28,358 nucleotides of DNA from NCBI GenBank assembly GCA_964485835.1, contig CAZAKW010000003.1, positions 1 to 28,358 of the forward strand, given 5' to 3'. The position numbers were made by a program, and so were the translations under genes. How positions within the stretch are numbered: the first letter of the stretch is position 1; each line of letters opens with the position of its first letter. Origin of the DNA: an uncultured Bacteriovoracaceae bacterium. GTDB lineage: Bacteria; Bdellovibrionota; UBA1018. Positions 1 through 7,829 of this stretch are shown piece by piece. The notes under the pieces were generated by a model. It was not told the DNA's origin and searched no databases. It saw only the letters and a list, made by a program, of their open reading frames with translations.

Positions 1-134
1 CCCGGAATGCGGTCCCCTCCCGTGGCGTGGGCCACCCCCGCCGTGCCGGCGAGCGCGGCGAACGCGAGCACTCCGGCTGCAACAATCGTCGCAATCGAAG
101 CAGTGGCGGGCGATGGGGAGAAACGTCGAATCAT
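1..134 (-). CDS. N-terminus of a secreted protein (partial, runs off the left edge)
   Basis: ATG at 134 on the minus strand reads MIRRFSPSPATASIATIVAAGVLAFAALAGTAGVAHA|TGGDRIP with no stop before the edge. It has a basic N-terminus, a hydrophobic core and an AHA signal-peptidase site. Not in the ORF track because it is truncated. Confidence 0.6.
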   Translation of the reverse strand, partial: MIRRFSPSPATASIATIVAAGVLAFAALAGTAGVAHATGGDRIP

Positions 135-190
135 CGTTTAAGCATCCTTGCTGAAGCCGCGGGTTACGCGCCTTCCTAGATCCTTTCGGC

Positions 191-208
191 GGATCCACGC
201 GTGGAACC
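191..208. promoter_or_regulatory. Palindromic site GGATCCACGCGTGGAACC in a divergent intergenic region, candidate operator
   Basis: Perfect 12-bp palindrome TCCACGCGTGGA (194-205), extended by GG/CC past one mismatch. It lies between two divergent starts. Confidence 0.35.
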
Positions 209-219
209 GATAGCGAGAA

Positions 220-237
220 TTTTCCCAGTCGGGAAAA
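220..237. repeat. Inverted repeat TTTTCCC-N4-GGGAAAA upstream of the HD-GYP gene
   Basis: 7-bp perfect arms with a 4-nt spacer, read directly from the sequence. It could be an operator or a 5'UTR hairpin. Confidence 0.4.
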
Positions 238-271
238 CTCGGAACCGTCAAAAAACTTTCGGTGAATTCCG

Positions 272-946
272 GTGGGTCTCGCGCCGATAAGCAGAGGCAT
301 GGCTTGGGACGATATTCCAGACTGGGCTGAAAAAGTGATGATGAGCCTGCTCGCGGCCTTGAAGGAGCGGGATCCTTACACTTATGGCCATTGCCGACGA
401 GTCGCGCGAAACGCGCGCTTGCTCGCGCATGCGGCCGGCCTGAACGAATACGAGCAGAAGGTGATCGAGTACTCGAGCATCTTTCACGACCTAGGGAAAA
501 TCGCGATTCCCGACTCGATCCTTTTGAAACCGGGACGCCTGACGGCGGAAGAACAAGCCGTGATCCGCGTCCACCCGATCAAAAGCGCTGAAATTCTCCA
601 GCCGCTTTCGCTGATTCCTTTCTTCCGGGATATTCTTCCCGGAGTCCGCCATCACCACGAACGACTGGACGGGAAAGGATACCCGGACCGCATCCGCGGG
701 GACGACATCCCCGTGTCCGCTCGCGTGATTTTGATCGCCGATACGTTCGACGCCATGACCACGACCCGCCCCTATCGCGCGGGTCTTCCGAATTCGATCG
801 CGTACCGGGAACTCCGGCAATTCGCGGGGCGCCAGTTCGACGAGCAGCTGGTGAAGACGTTTTGCGACGCCCATCGGACTTGGGGCGACGTCGAAGAAGA
901 GATCACCGAAGAGTTCGTCACCGCGAACTTCAAGCGCGCCGCCTAA
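272..946 (+). CDS. Stand-alone HD-GYP domain protein, probable cyclic di-nucleotide (c-di-GMP) phosphodiesterase
   Basis: Motifs RDPYTYGHCRRV, HDLGK, HHERLDGKGYP and IADTFDAMTTTRPYR are all intact. There is no sensory domain. The start is GTG 272 or ATG 299. Confidence 0.92.
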   Translation: MGLAPISRGMAWDDIPDWAEKVMMSLLAALKERDPYTYGHCRRVARNARLLAHAAGLNEYEQKVIEYSSIFHDLGKIAIPDSILLKPGRLTAEEQAVIRVHPIKSAEILQPLSLIPFFRDILPGVRHHHERLDGKGYPDRIRGDDIPVSARVILIADTFDAMTTTRPYRAGLPNSIAYRELRQFAGRQFDEQLVKTFCDAHRTWGDVEEEITEEFVTANFKRAA

Positions 947-964
947 CTCCGCCTGCGATACACG

Positions 965-1642
965 CTATTCCTCGTATTTATAGCCGACGCCGTAAATTGA
1001 GATGATGTGTTTGGTCAGCGAAGGAATTTTCTTTCGAAGGGCCCGAATATGGACATCGATCGTGCGGTCGTTCGTCTTGCCGGCTCCGTCCTTCCAAACT
1101 TCCTTGAGGATCGCATCGCGCGAGACGACGTTTCCGAACTGACTCGCCAGAAATCGCAGGATATCGAACTCCGTCAGCGTAAGGTGGGCCTTCCGGCCGC
1201 CGTAACTCACATCTCTCGTGTCGGGCTCGATCCGGAGATCCCCGATCTCAATCGGCGCTACTTCGACCGACGCCGCTTTGCGAAGCCTCGCTTGGATTCG
1301 CGCTTCCAATTCGCGGAAATCAAAAGGCTTCGGAAGATAGTCGTCCGCCCCGACGCTGAGACCCTTGGTGACATCGGACTGCGTGTTCTTCACCGACAGC
1401 AAAATCAGCGGGACGCGCTTGGTCTTTTCGTCTTGCTTCATCAATGAGCAAGCATCGAGTCCGGAAAGGATCGGCAGTACCACGTCGAGCAAAATCAAAT
1501 CGGGTTGGCGGTTTCTCGCATAGTCGATTCCGATGACCGCGTTTTCGGCGGTCAAAATCTCGTATTCTTTCGACAGCATCGTTTCGAGAAATTTTCTCGT
1601 TTCGAGGTGGTCTTCAATAAGGAGGATACGTGCTTTCTTCAT
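965..1642 (-). CDS. OmpR/PhoB-family response regulator (receiver plus winged helix)
   Basis: Receiver motifs LIED, DLILLDVVLP (phospho-Asp), LLS and DDYLPKPF. C-terminal LTLTEFDIL...VSRDAIL...VW...RTIDVHIRALRKK...IYGVGY. Confidence 0.95.
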   Translation of the reverse strand: MKKARILLIEDHLETRKFLETMLSKEYEILTAENAVIGIDYARNRQPDLILLDVVLPILSGLDACSLMKQDEKTKRVPLILLSVKNTQSDVTKGLSVGADDYLPKPFDFRELEARIQARLRKAASVEVAPIEIGDLRIEPDTRDVSYGGRKAHLTLTEFDILRFLASQFGNVVSRDAILKEVWKDGAGKTNDRTIDVHIRALRKKIPSLTKHIISIYGVGYKYEE

Positions 1643-1714
1643 TTAAACTCTGTAAAGAAAAGCTAACACGGCCAAGGAACTTCGGTAAAGAAGCAGACGA
1701 AACTCGACATAGCG

Positions 1715-3769
1715 TCAATTCCCTGACGGCCCGCCGCTCGGGGTACGTTCGCCATGGCGTCGCGGACGGAGGTTCGATTGCACCTGCTTGGTACGGTTTT
1801 TTTCCACCTGCAATGCGATTTGATCCTCAAGATCAAGCGTAGCGTTGTAGAGCTGCAAGCTGATTTTTCCCGTCGGAACCGGAAGCATTTCAAAGGGCGC
1901 GTACTTTCGGCCCCAATACGTTCCATCGACGAAAATTTTCGTGTCCGCGCCTGGAGTGGATCGTACGGTGAGATAACCGCGGTTATCCCCTTTGATTACC
2001 ATCGTCGGCTCACGGCCGCGCTCCGGCTCCAGATTGATTTGTTTCAAATACTCTCCGGTCGAACCCAAAGAGCGGGAATCGATTTTGAATTCGCTGCGAA
2101 ACGATTCGAATCCGGGCCGCTGCACTAAGAGATCGAGCGGCGCATCGGTGGGAACTTCGATCACCGAACTTCCCGCCTCCGCGAATTTTCCATTCACGGA
2201 AATCCGCGTATCCGTCCCTTCCGGGAAAATATTCAAACGAAGCTTGGCCGGCGGAGTTTTGGGGGATTCCGATCCCGGCGCCTGCTTCGTACGCGGATCT
2301 TCGGTCGGCGTGTCCGCGGCGGGAAGCCGATTGGTGACTTGTGACCCGAGCATGGCCGAAAGGAGCGGGACCTGATATCCGAACTTTGGAGAAAGCCATG
2401 CGGCGCCCAAAACGACCGCGACCGTGGCGGCCACCCCTTTCCACCCGAAGCCCGAACGGGGCGGGTTGTACCCGATCGTACCGGCGCGGGTCAGATTAGT
2501 TCGGGAAAGATGGTACGCCCCTGGAGGCGTAGACGTTCCTAGGGTGCCGGGAGAACCGATGACGGTGCCCCCGCGGGAGGTCGGCGCCGGACGAGGCGGG
2601 ACTCGCACGGGAGGACGCTCGATCGCCAGCGGTGCTTGATGCTTGGGAAGATCGACTTTGAATTCCGCGGCGGCTTTTGGGAGCCCCGGCCGTGCGACGA
2701 ACGTCGTGGTCTCTTCGCGTCGTCCGGACGATCCTTCCCCGTTTTGAGGATTGATGTCGGGAATATCGTTTTGAAGAAGTTGTTCCACCCGGTCGTTCAG
2801 TTTTTGGATCTTTTTCCGGTCTTCAACGATTTCACGCTGGAAAAGCTCTTTGGTGACGTGTGAAAGATCGCTTCCCGAGAACTCGGGGGCGTAGGCCGCG
2901 AGAAACCTGCGCAAGGTGCGCTGAAGTTCGTCTCCGGTATTGAATCGTTTGTCCGGAGACTTCGCCAAAAGCTTCATCACAATCGCATCGAGATCCTTCG
3001 GCACGTTCGGATTGAGCTCGGAAGGGCGCCGTACCGAAGTACTGCAGCTCTCGATCATCTTCAAGACCGCCAGGTCGTTTTCCCCGGAGAAAAGCTTTCG
3101 CCCCACGAGAAGTTCCCAGAAAACCGCCCCCAAGGCGAAAAGATCCGTGCGCCCGTCGAGAGGATCTCCGGAAATCTGTTCGGGCGAAAGATAGCTCGGC
3201 TTGCCCTTGATCACGCCGGCCCGCGTGTTCTCGCTATTCGTCGTCGCTTTCGCGATTCCGAAGTCGATGATCTTCACTCCGCCTTCGTACGATACGAGAA
3301 CGTTCTGGGGACTGATGTCGCGATGGACGACGTTTAGCGCGTCTCCGCTGATTTTATCTTTATACGTATGGGCGTAATGCAGACCGGCGGCGGACTGCTC
3401 GATGATGTGCGCGGCGAGCTCGACGGGAAAGGGCTGGCCCAATTCCTTGAACCGGTTCAAGAGTTGGCGTAAATTTTTCCCGTCCACCAACTCCATCGCG
3501 ATGAACGGTTGGGCCTGCTCTTCTCCGAAATCGTAAACCTGCACGATGTTCGGATGATTCAGTCCCATCGTGACCTTAATCTCCGAACGGAACATCTTGA
3601 GGAATTCGTCGTTGCTCCCAAAACCCGCCTGGATTCGTTTTACAACGACCAAACGGCCCGCTCCGTCCTTAGCGGCGAAGCGTGCACGATAGATTTCGGC
3701 CATTCCACCCTGCGCGATCAAATCGAGCAGAAAGTAGCGACCGAATTTTTTGAGAACCTCGGACGACAT
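1715..3769 (-). CDS. Hanks-type Ser/Thr protein kinase with one TM helix and two extracytoplasmic PEGA-like domains
   Basis: Kinase motifs IAQGGMAEIY, VVKRI, HRDISPQNVL, DFGIAK and GKPSYLSPE. A Pro-rich linker leads to the TM helix GVAATVAVVLGAAWL, then PEGA-like LRLNIFPEG...VNG and GYLTVRSTPGAD..IFVDG. The start was moved to ATG 3769 (MSSEV), which has a GAGAGG SD; about 684 aa. Confidence 0.93.
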   Translation of the reverse strand: MSSEVLKKFGRYFLLDLIAQGGMAEIYRARFAAKDGAGRLVVVKRIQAGFGSNDEFLKMFRSEIKVTMGLNHPNIVQVYDFGEEQAQPFIAMELVDGKNLRQLLNRFKELGQPFPVELAAHIIEQSAAGLHYAHTYKDKISGDALNVVHRDISPQNVLVSYEGGVKIIDFGIAKATTNSENTRAGVIKGKPSYLSPEQISGDPLDGRTDLFALGAVFWELLVGRKLFSGENDLAVLKMIESCSTSVRRPSELNPNVPKDLDAIVMKLLAKSPDKRFNTGDELQRTLRRFLAAYAPEFSGSDLSHVTKELFQREIVEDRKKIQKLNDRVEQLLQNDIPDINPQNGEGSSGRREETTTFVARPGLPKAAAEFKVDLPKHQAPLAIERPPVRVPPRPAPTSRGGTVIGSPGTLGTSTPPGAYHLSRTNLTRAGTIGYNPPRSGFGWKGVAATVAVVLGAAWLSPKFGYQVPLLSAMLGSQVTNRLPAADTPTEDPRTKQAPGSESPKTPPAKLRLNIFPEGTDTRISVNGKFAEAGSSVIEVPTDAPLDLLVQRPGFESFRSEFKIDSRSLGSTGEYLKQINLEPERGREPTMVIKGDNRGYLTVRSTPGADTKIFVDGTYWGRKYAPFEMLPVPTGKISLQLYNATLDLEDQIALQVEKNRTKQVQSNLRPRRHGERTPSGGPSGN

Positions 3770-3813
3770 ATCGCCTCTCTCGTGGCCCGTTAGGGACAAG
3801 CACGTCTTAGATT

Positions 3814-3840
3814 CTATCGGAAAGTTCCTGAAGAAAGTTA
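3814..3840 (-). promoter_or_regulatory. Sigma28/FliA-like promoter candidate for the kinase gene
   Basis: The minus strand reads TAAC-N15-TCCGATAG, against the FliA consensus TAAA-N15-GCCGATAA. It is about 45 nt upstream of ATG 3769. Confidence 0.35.
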
Positions 3841-3922
3841 AAGGAAGTGGAAGGCTTCCCGTAAAAGAAGGCGCGCCGAACCGCGCCACAACCGTAAAAC
3901 TTTACTGAGTCAAATCAAGCCA

Positions 3923-5407
3923 TTAGGCCAAGGCCCGTGTTTTCAGCCGCTCCAGCAGCTTCGGTATAAAACCGCCGAAACCGCCGTTTGAAAGCACGGC
4001 GACTAAATCGCCCTGTTTTGAAGCGTCCGCCACGCGCTTGACGCCTTGATCGACATCCTCGAAAACGTCGGCGTCGCGACCCCGGCGACGAATATCTTCG
4101 GCGAGTTGCTGACTCGAAAACTGATCGGCGACATCGATTTGACTTTGATCGTAGGGAATAGCGATCCATCCGCCGTCGGCTTCGGCGAACGCATCGACGT
4201 ACTCTTGTTGGAAGATTTTCCGCCGAGAGGTCGCGCTGCGGGGCTCGAAGACAGCGACCAAACGCCGTCCGGGATATCGAGAACGCAAAGCGCGGAGCGT
4301 TTCACGCACCGCTGTGGGGTGGTGGGCGAAATCGTCGATGACGAGGACGCCGCCGAATTCGCCGCGTTCTTCCTGACGCCGTTTGATCCCCTGGAACGCG
4401 AATAGGCCCGCGGCGATCTCCTTGTTTGTCAACCCAAGCTCGCGCGCTTCGATCCACACCGCGATGGCGTTGAGCACGTTGTGATTCCCCGCGAGTCGAA
4501 GTCGAAGTGAGCACGCGGATCGAGTCGCAGAGCCGGTATTCTCGAGGATTTCGAACTGGGTTACGCCGTCCCCGTCGACGGTGATTTCGCTCGGAACGAA
4601 TCGAGCTCCGCTCTCTTTGGACCCGTAACTGATCACCGGGACCTGGGCCTCCGTCGCAAGTTCCTTCACGGACGCGTAATCAAAACAGGCGATGAGTCGG
4701 CCGCCAGGTCGAATCCGGCGCACGAGGCCCGAAAATGCGCGTTGGACGGCGGAAAAATCGGCGTAAATGTCCGCATGATCGAATTCGACGGAAGTGAGAA
4801 TCACATCGTCCGGAAGGTAGTGATTGAACTTCGGAACCTTATCCCAAAACGCGGTGTCGTATTCGTCGCCCTCCAATACAAACGGGCTCCCTGCTTCCCA
4901 TCGACCGACGTGAAAACTATTGGGAAGATCCCTGGAGACTCCGCCGATAAAATAGGAGGGGTCGCGATTCGCATGGGAGAGGACGTAAGCGAGGAGACTC
5001 GACGTCGTCGTTTTTCCGTGGGTTCCTGCAACCACCAGATTTCGGGTACGGGAAAGCAACAAACGCTCCATCGCCTCCGGGAGGGACGTATAGGGATATC
5101 CGCCTTCGATCGCCGCCTGCGCTTCGACATTTTTCTTCGTAATCACGTTCCCGATCACGACGAGATCGGGCCGACGCGGTAGATCCCGAAGATTCTCCGG
5201 CCGATACCCCGAGTAAAGTTGAATGCCCGCTTTCTGCAAAACATCGCTCATCGGCGGATAAACGTTCAAGTCGCTGCCCGTGACTTCGACCCCGCTGCGT
5301 TTTAGAAACGCGGCGAAAGCCCCCATCAAAGTGCCGCAGATGCCGATGATGTGGACGGATTTCAATTCAGAAAATGCTGGGATGGGAGCCGTGATGGAAA
5401 CGGACAT
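3923..5407 (-). CDS. mpl: UDP-N-acetylmuramate:L-alanyl-gamma-D-glutamyl-meso-diaminopimelate ligase (murein peptide ligase)
   Basis: HIIGICGTLMG, P-loop VAGTHGKTTTSS, EGDEYDTAFWDK, DDFAHHPTA and FEPRSATSRR. These are Mpl-type rather than MurC-type signatures. Confidence 0.9.
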   Translation of the reverse strand: MSVSITAPIPAFSELKSVHIIGICGTLMGAFAAFLKRSGVEVTGSDLNVYPPMSDVLQKAGIQLYSGYRPENLRDLPRRPDLVVIGNVITKKNVEAQAAIEGGYPYTSLPEAMERLLLSRTRNLVVAGTHGKTTTSSLLAYVLSHANRDPSYFIGGVSRDLPNSFHVGRWEAGSPFVLEGDEYDTAFWDKVPKFNHYLPDDVILTSVEFDHADIYADFSAVQRAFSGLVRRIRPGGRLIACFDYASVKELATEAQVPVISYGSKESGARFVPSEITVDGDGVTQFEILENTGSATRSACSLRLRLAGNHNVLNAIAVWIEARELGLTNKEIAAGLFAFQGIKRRQEERGEFGGVLVIDDFAHHPTAVRETLRALRSRYPGRRLVAVFEPRSATSRRKIFQQEYVDAFAEADGGWIAIPYDQSQIDVADQFSSQQLAEDIRRRGRDADVFEDVDQGVKRVADASKQGDLVAVLSNGGFGGFIPKLLERLKTRALA

Positions 5408-5441
5408 AGACCTAAATTGTCACCTTGATCGAACCCAATGG

Positions 5442-6596
5442 TCAACCGGGCTTGCGCGCGAAAAAATCCTCCGCGAGTGCGTCATGAAATCGCCCTCGGA
5501 AGGCTCGGATCGCCGTAGGGTGGCGGTTGGGATGGACGCGATTGGTAAGCAAGGTCACGACGACTTCCGAGACCGGATCGATCCAAATCGACGTTCCGGT
5601 GAAACCGACATGGCCAACGGAGCGCGGTGAAAACCGTCTTCCAAAAGCGGGCGCGTCGCCGCTAGGCGTGTCCCACCCTAGCGTACGGGTACATCCTTCC
5701 GGGATTCCCACCGGGCTCCAAGCTTCTCGGAGAACGTCGCGAGCGACGAAACCTTCAAGCAGACGCTTGCCGAAGCGTAGAAGGTTTTCCGCCGTCCCAA
5801 ACGCACCGGCGTGACCCGCATAGCCGCCGGATGCCCAACAGTTATCGTCATGAACCTGACCCTGCAAAATCGAATGGCGCCACGGACAGTCTTCCGTTGC
5901 GGCTACGTCCTCACGCCGCACGCGAAATGCCGGATCCACCGTACGCACGAAAAACGGGCCCGTGCCGACGCCCTCCGCGAAAAGCCCCATCGGACGCCAT
6001 ACGAATCGTTCGATGGCGTGATCCAAGGGAAGACCGGTGACCGCCTCCAGGCAGAATCCAAGAACCATGAAACCGACATCGGAATAAATCGCTTCCGTCC
6101 CCGGGCGTCGATCCAGATCCAACGAGAAGACAAGCTCCCGCAGAACCCGCTGCCGCTCCTCGACTTCAATCCGCTCGAGTTCGTCGGTCGCGAAAATCTC
6201 CCGTAGCTTCTCAAAGAAGGGTGCCCACGCCGGCAAGCCCGAAGTGTGGGCGGCGAGTTCGCGCAGCGAAATTTCGGCATGGCGAAATTCGGGCAAAATC
6301 GTCCGAACGGGCGTCGTCCACTCGATCCACCCGCGCTCGACCAAAACCATTGCCAATGCCGCCGTGCCGAAGACCTTCGTCACCGAAGCGAGATCGAATA
6401 CCGTTTCACGCTCCATCGGCAGCGCCGAAAAACCTTTAAGGGCTAACCGACGCTCTCCTCCCCATCCGAAATGAAAGACGTCCGGATCTCTCCGCGACCA
6501 GATGCCGGCCACCACGCCGGGAAAAACTTTTTCCGTAAGTCCGTCTTCTAAAACTTGGCGGGCGCGTGGAAATTCGGAAAACCCTTGAATTCCCAT
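5442..6596 (-). CDS. Beta-lactamase-family (SxxK) serine hydrolase with no signal peptide
   Basis: FDLASVTK (SxxK), YSD, HVGFTGTS and LLTNRVHP. The real start is ATG 6596, overlapping the upstream stop (TAATG); about 384 aa. Confidence 0.88.
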   Translation of the reverse strand: MGIQGFSEFPRARQVLEDGLTEKVFPGVVAGIWSRRDPDVFHFGWGGERRLALKGFSALPMERETVFDLASVTKVFGTAALAMVLVERGWIEWTTPVRTILPEFRHAEISLRELAAHTSGLPAWAPFFEKLREIFATDELERIEVEERQRVLRELVFSLDLDRRPGTEAIYSDVGFMVLGFCLEAVTGLPLDHAIERFVWRPMGLFAEGVGTGPFFVRTVDPAFRVRREDVAATEDCPWRHSILQGQVHDDNCWASGGYAGHAGAFGTAENLLRFGKRLLEGFVARDVLREAWSPVGIPEGCTRTLGWDTPSGDAPAFGRRFSPRSVGHVGFTGTSIWIDPVSEVVVTLLTNRVHPNRHPTAIRAFRGRFHDALAEDFFARKPG

Positions 6597-7825
6597 TAAA
6601 TCACCGCTGTTTCTTGGACCAAGCGCTGGGTTTCGAAACGGTTCGCCCCGAACGGCTCCAGATCCAGAATCTGGCTCCGCCCTTTCAGAATCCGCTCCGC
6701 GAGAGCAATCCCGCAGGCGTAACTGTGCATGATTCCGTGCCCGGAATAAGAATGGGATTCGAAAACACGCCCCGTGCCGCCGAGATTTCCCGTTTCGACC
6801 TCGCCGATGATCGCCGATTCGTCGGGCGAAACTTCGTACAGCCCCCCCCACCCGTTCAAGTGACGAAGACTTTCAAATCGACTGGAACGTTCGGCTAAGG
6901 GCATCCAGATTTTTTCTTGGAAATACTCCTCGCCGCCATAATCGAAATTTTGTCCGTGCGGCTCTCCTCTTTCGGCGATACCACCCAGGATATAGCCGGC
7001 CTCCGGATGGAAATAGACTCCCGACGTGTCCACGATCATCCCCTGCCCCGAAAGATCAACCTCGCGGCAGTCGAACAAGGAGACCTGCCGACGGACGCAG
7101 TAGGAGGGGGACTCATACCCAAGCATCCTCGCGATGTCCTTCGCCCAGGGACCCGCGCAATTCACGACGCGATCCGCGCGCACTCGGACCGCACCCGACC
7201 GCGGCTGTTCGAACGACCGATACATCGCTTCTTTTTGCTCGCGACTCGAAGACGGCGAAACGGCCTCAAATCCGAGCTCAACTCCGGCGGGCGCGACTCG
7301 CGCGTCCCGTAGCGCATGCCCGTTGACGAATATCGCGCCGGCCGCCTTCGCGCGATTTCGGAAATGGAGCTTGAGCAGATTCGAATTCAATAAACCGTCG
7401 CGAGGGGCGAACACCGCTCCCGCCAGGTCTTCCGCTCGGTCGATGAAAGGAGCGTGGGCCACTAATTTCGCTGGATCCCAAACCTCAAACGGCCACCCCG
7501 CTTTCTCCCACCGGGGAAAAGCTTGGCCCGTCCGCACTAAATCGTCAGGGGTCTGCAGCCATAAATATCCGACCGCGCGGTAGCCGACCTCGTCGGCGTG
7601 CTCCGCGAAATAATCGATCGATCGTTTCGAACATTCGATGTTCGCCGGATGATGGAACGTCGCTCGAACTCCGCCCGCGTTCAATTCGGTGCTGGAAAGA
7701 ACTCCTTCCAGGTCGGGATCGTATACGACGACTCCTTCCGCGCCTTGCTCGGCAAGGGCCATCGCGAGTGCGCTTCCGATGACGCCCGCGCCGATGATCG
7801 CTATTTGTGCGTCGGGAGTGGACAT
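6596..7825 (-). CDS. FAD-dependent oxidoreductase, DAO / sarcosine-oxidase-beta / FOXRED1-like family
   Basis: IIGAGVIG dinucleotide-binding motif, SSTELNAGGVR, VVNCAGPWA, YEVSPD and SGHGIMH. The substrate cannot be determined from sequence. Confidence 0.88.
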   Translation of the reverse strand: MSTPDAQIAIIGAGVIGSALAMALAEQGAEGVVVYDPDLEGVLSSTELNAGGVRATFHHPANIECSKRSIDYFAEHADEVGYRAVGYLWLQTPDDLVRTGQAFPRWEKAGWPFEVWDPAKLVAHAPFIDRAEDLAGAVFAPRDGLLNSNLLKLHFRNRAKAAGAIFVNGHALRDARVAPAGVELGFEAVSPSSSREQKEAMYRSFEQPRSGAVRVRADRVVNCAGPWAKDIARMLGYESPSYCVRRQVSLFDCREVDLSGQGMIVDTSGVYFHPEAGYILGGIAERGEPHGQNFDYGGEEYFQEKIWMPLAERSSRFESLRHLNGWGGLYEVSPDESAIIGEVETGNLGGTGRVFESHSYSGHGIMHSYACGIALAERILKGRSQILDLEPFGANRFETQRLVQETAVI

Positions 7826-7829
7826 AACA

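Noticed and set aside
135-298. Possible c-di-GMP riboswitch upstream of the HD-GYP gene
   Set aside because: Hairpins are present but the GEMM conserved elements (GNRA tetraloop/receptor, GCAAAGC) were not found.
3770-3889. Upstream extensions of the ORF-track starts (kinase 3889, hydrolase 6851, 10798, 10641, 13202, 14201, 21444, 23778)
   Set aside because: Downstream starts have better SDs or translational coupling, restore N-terminal signal peptides and remove overlaps.
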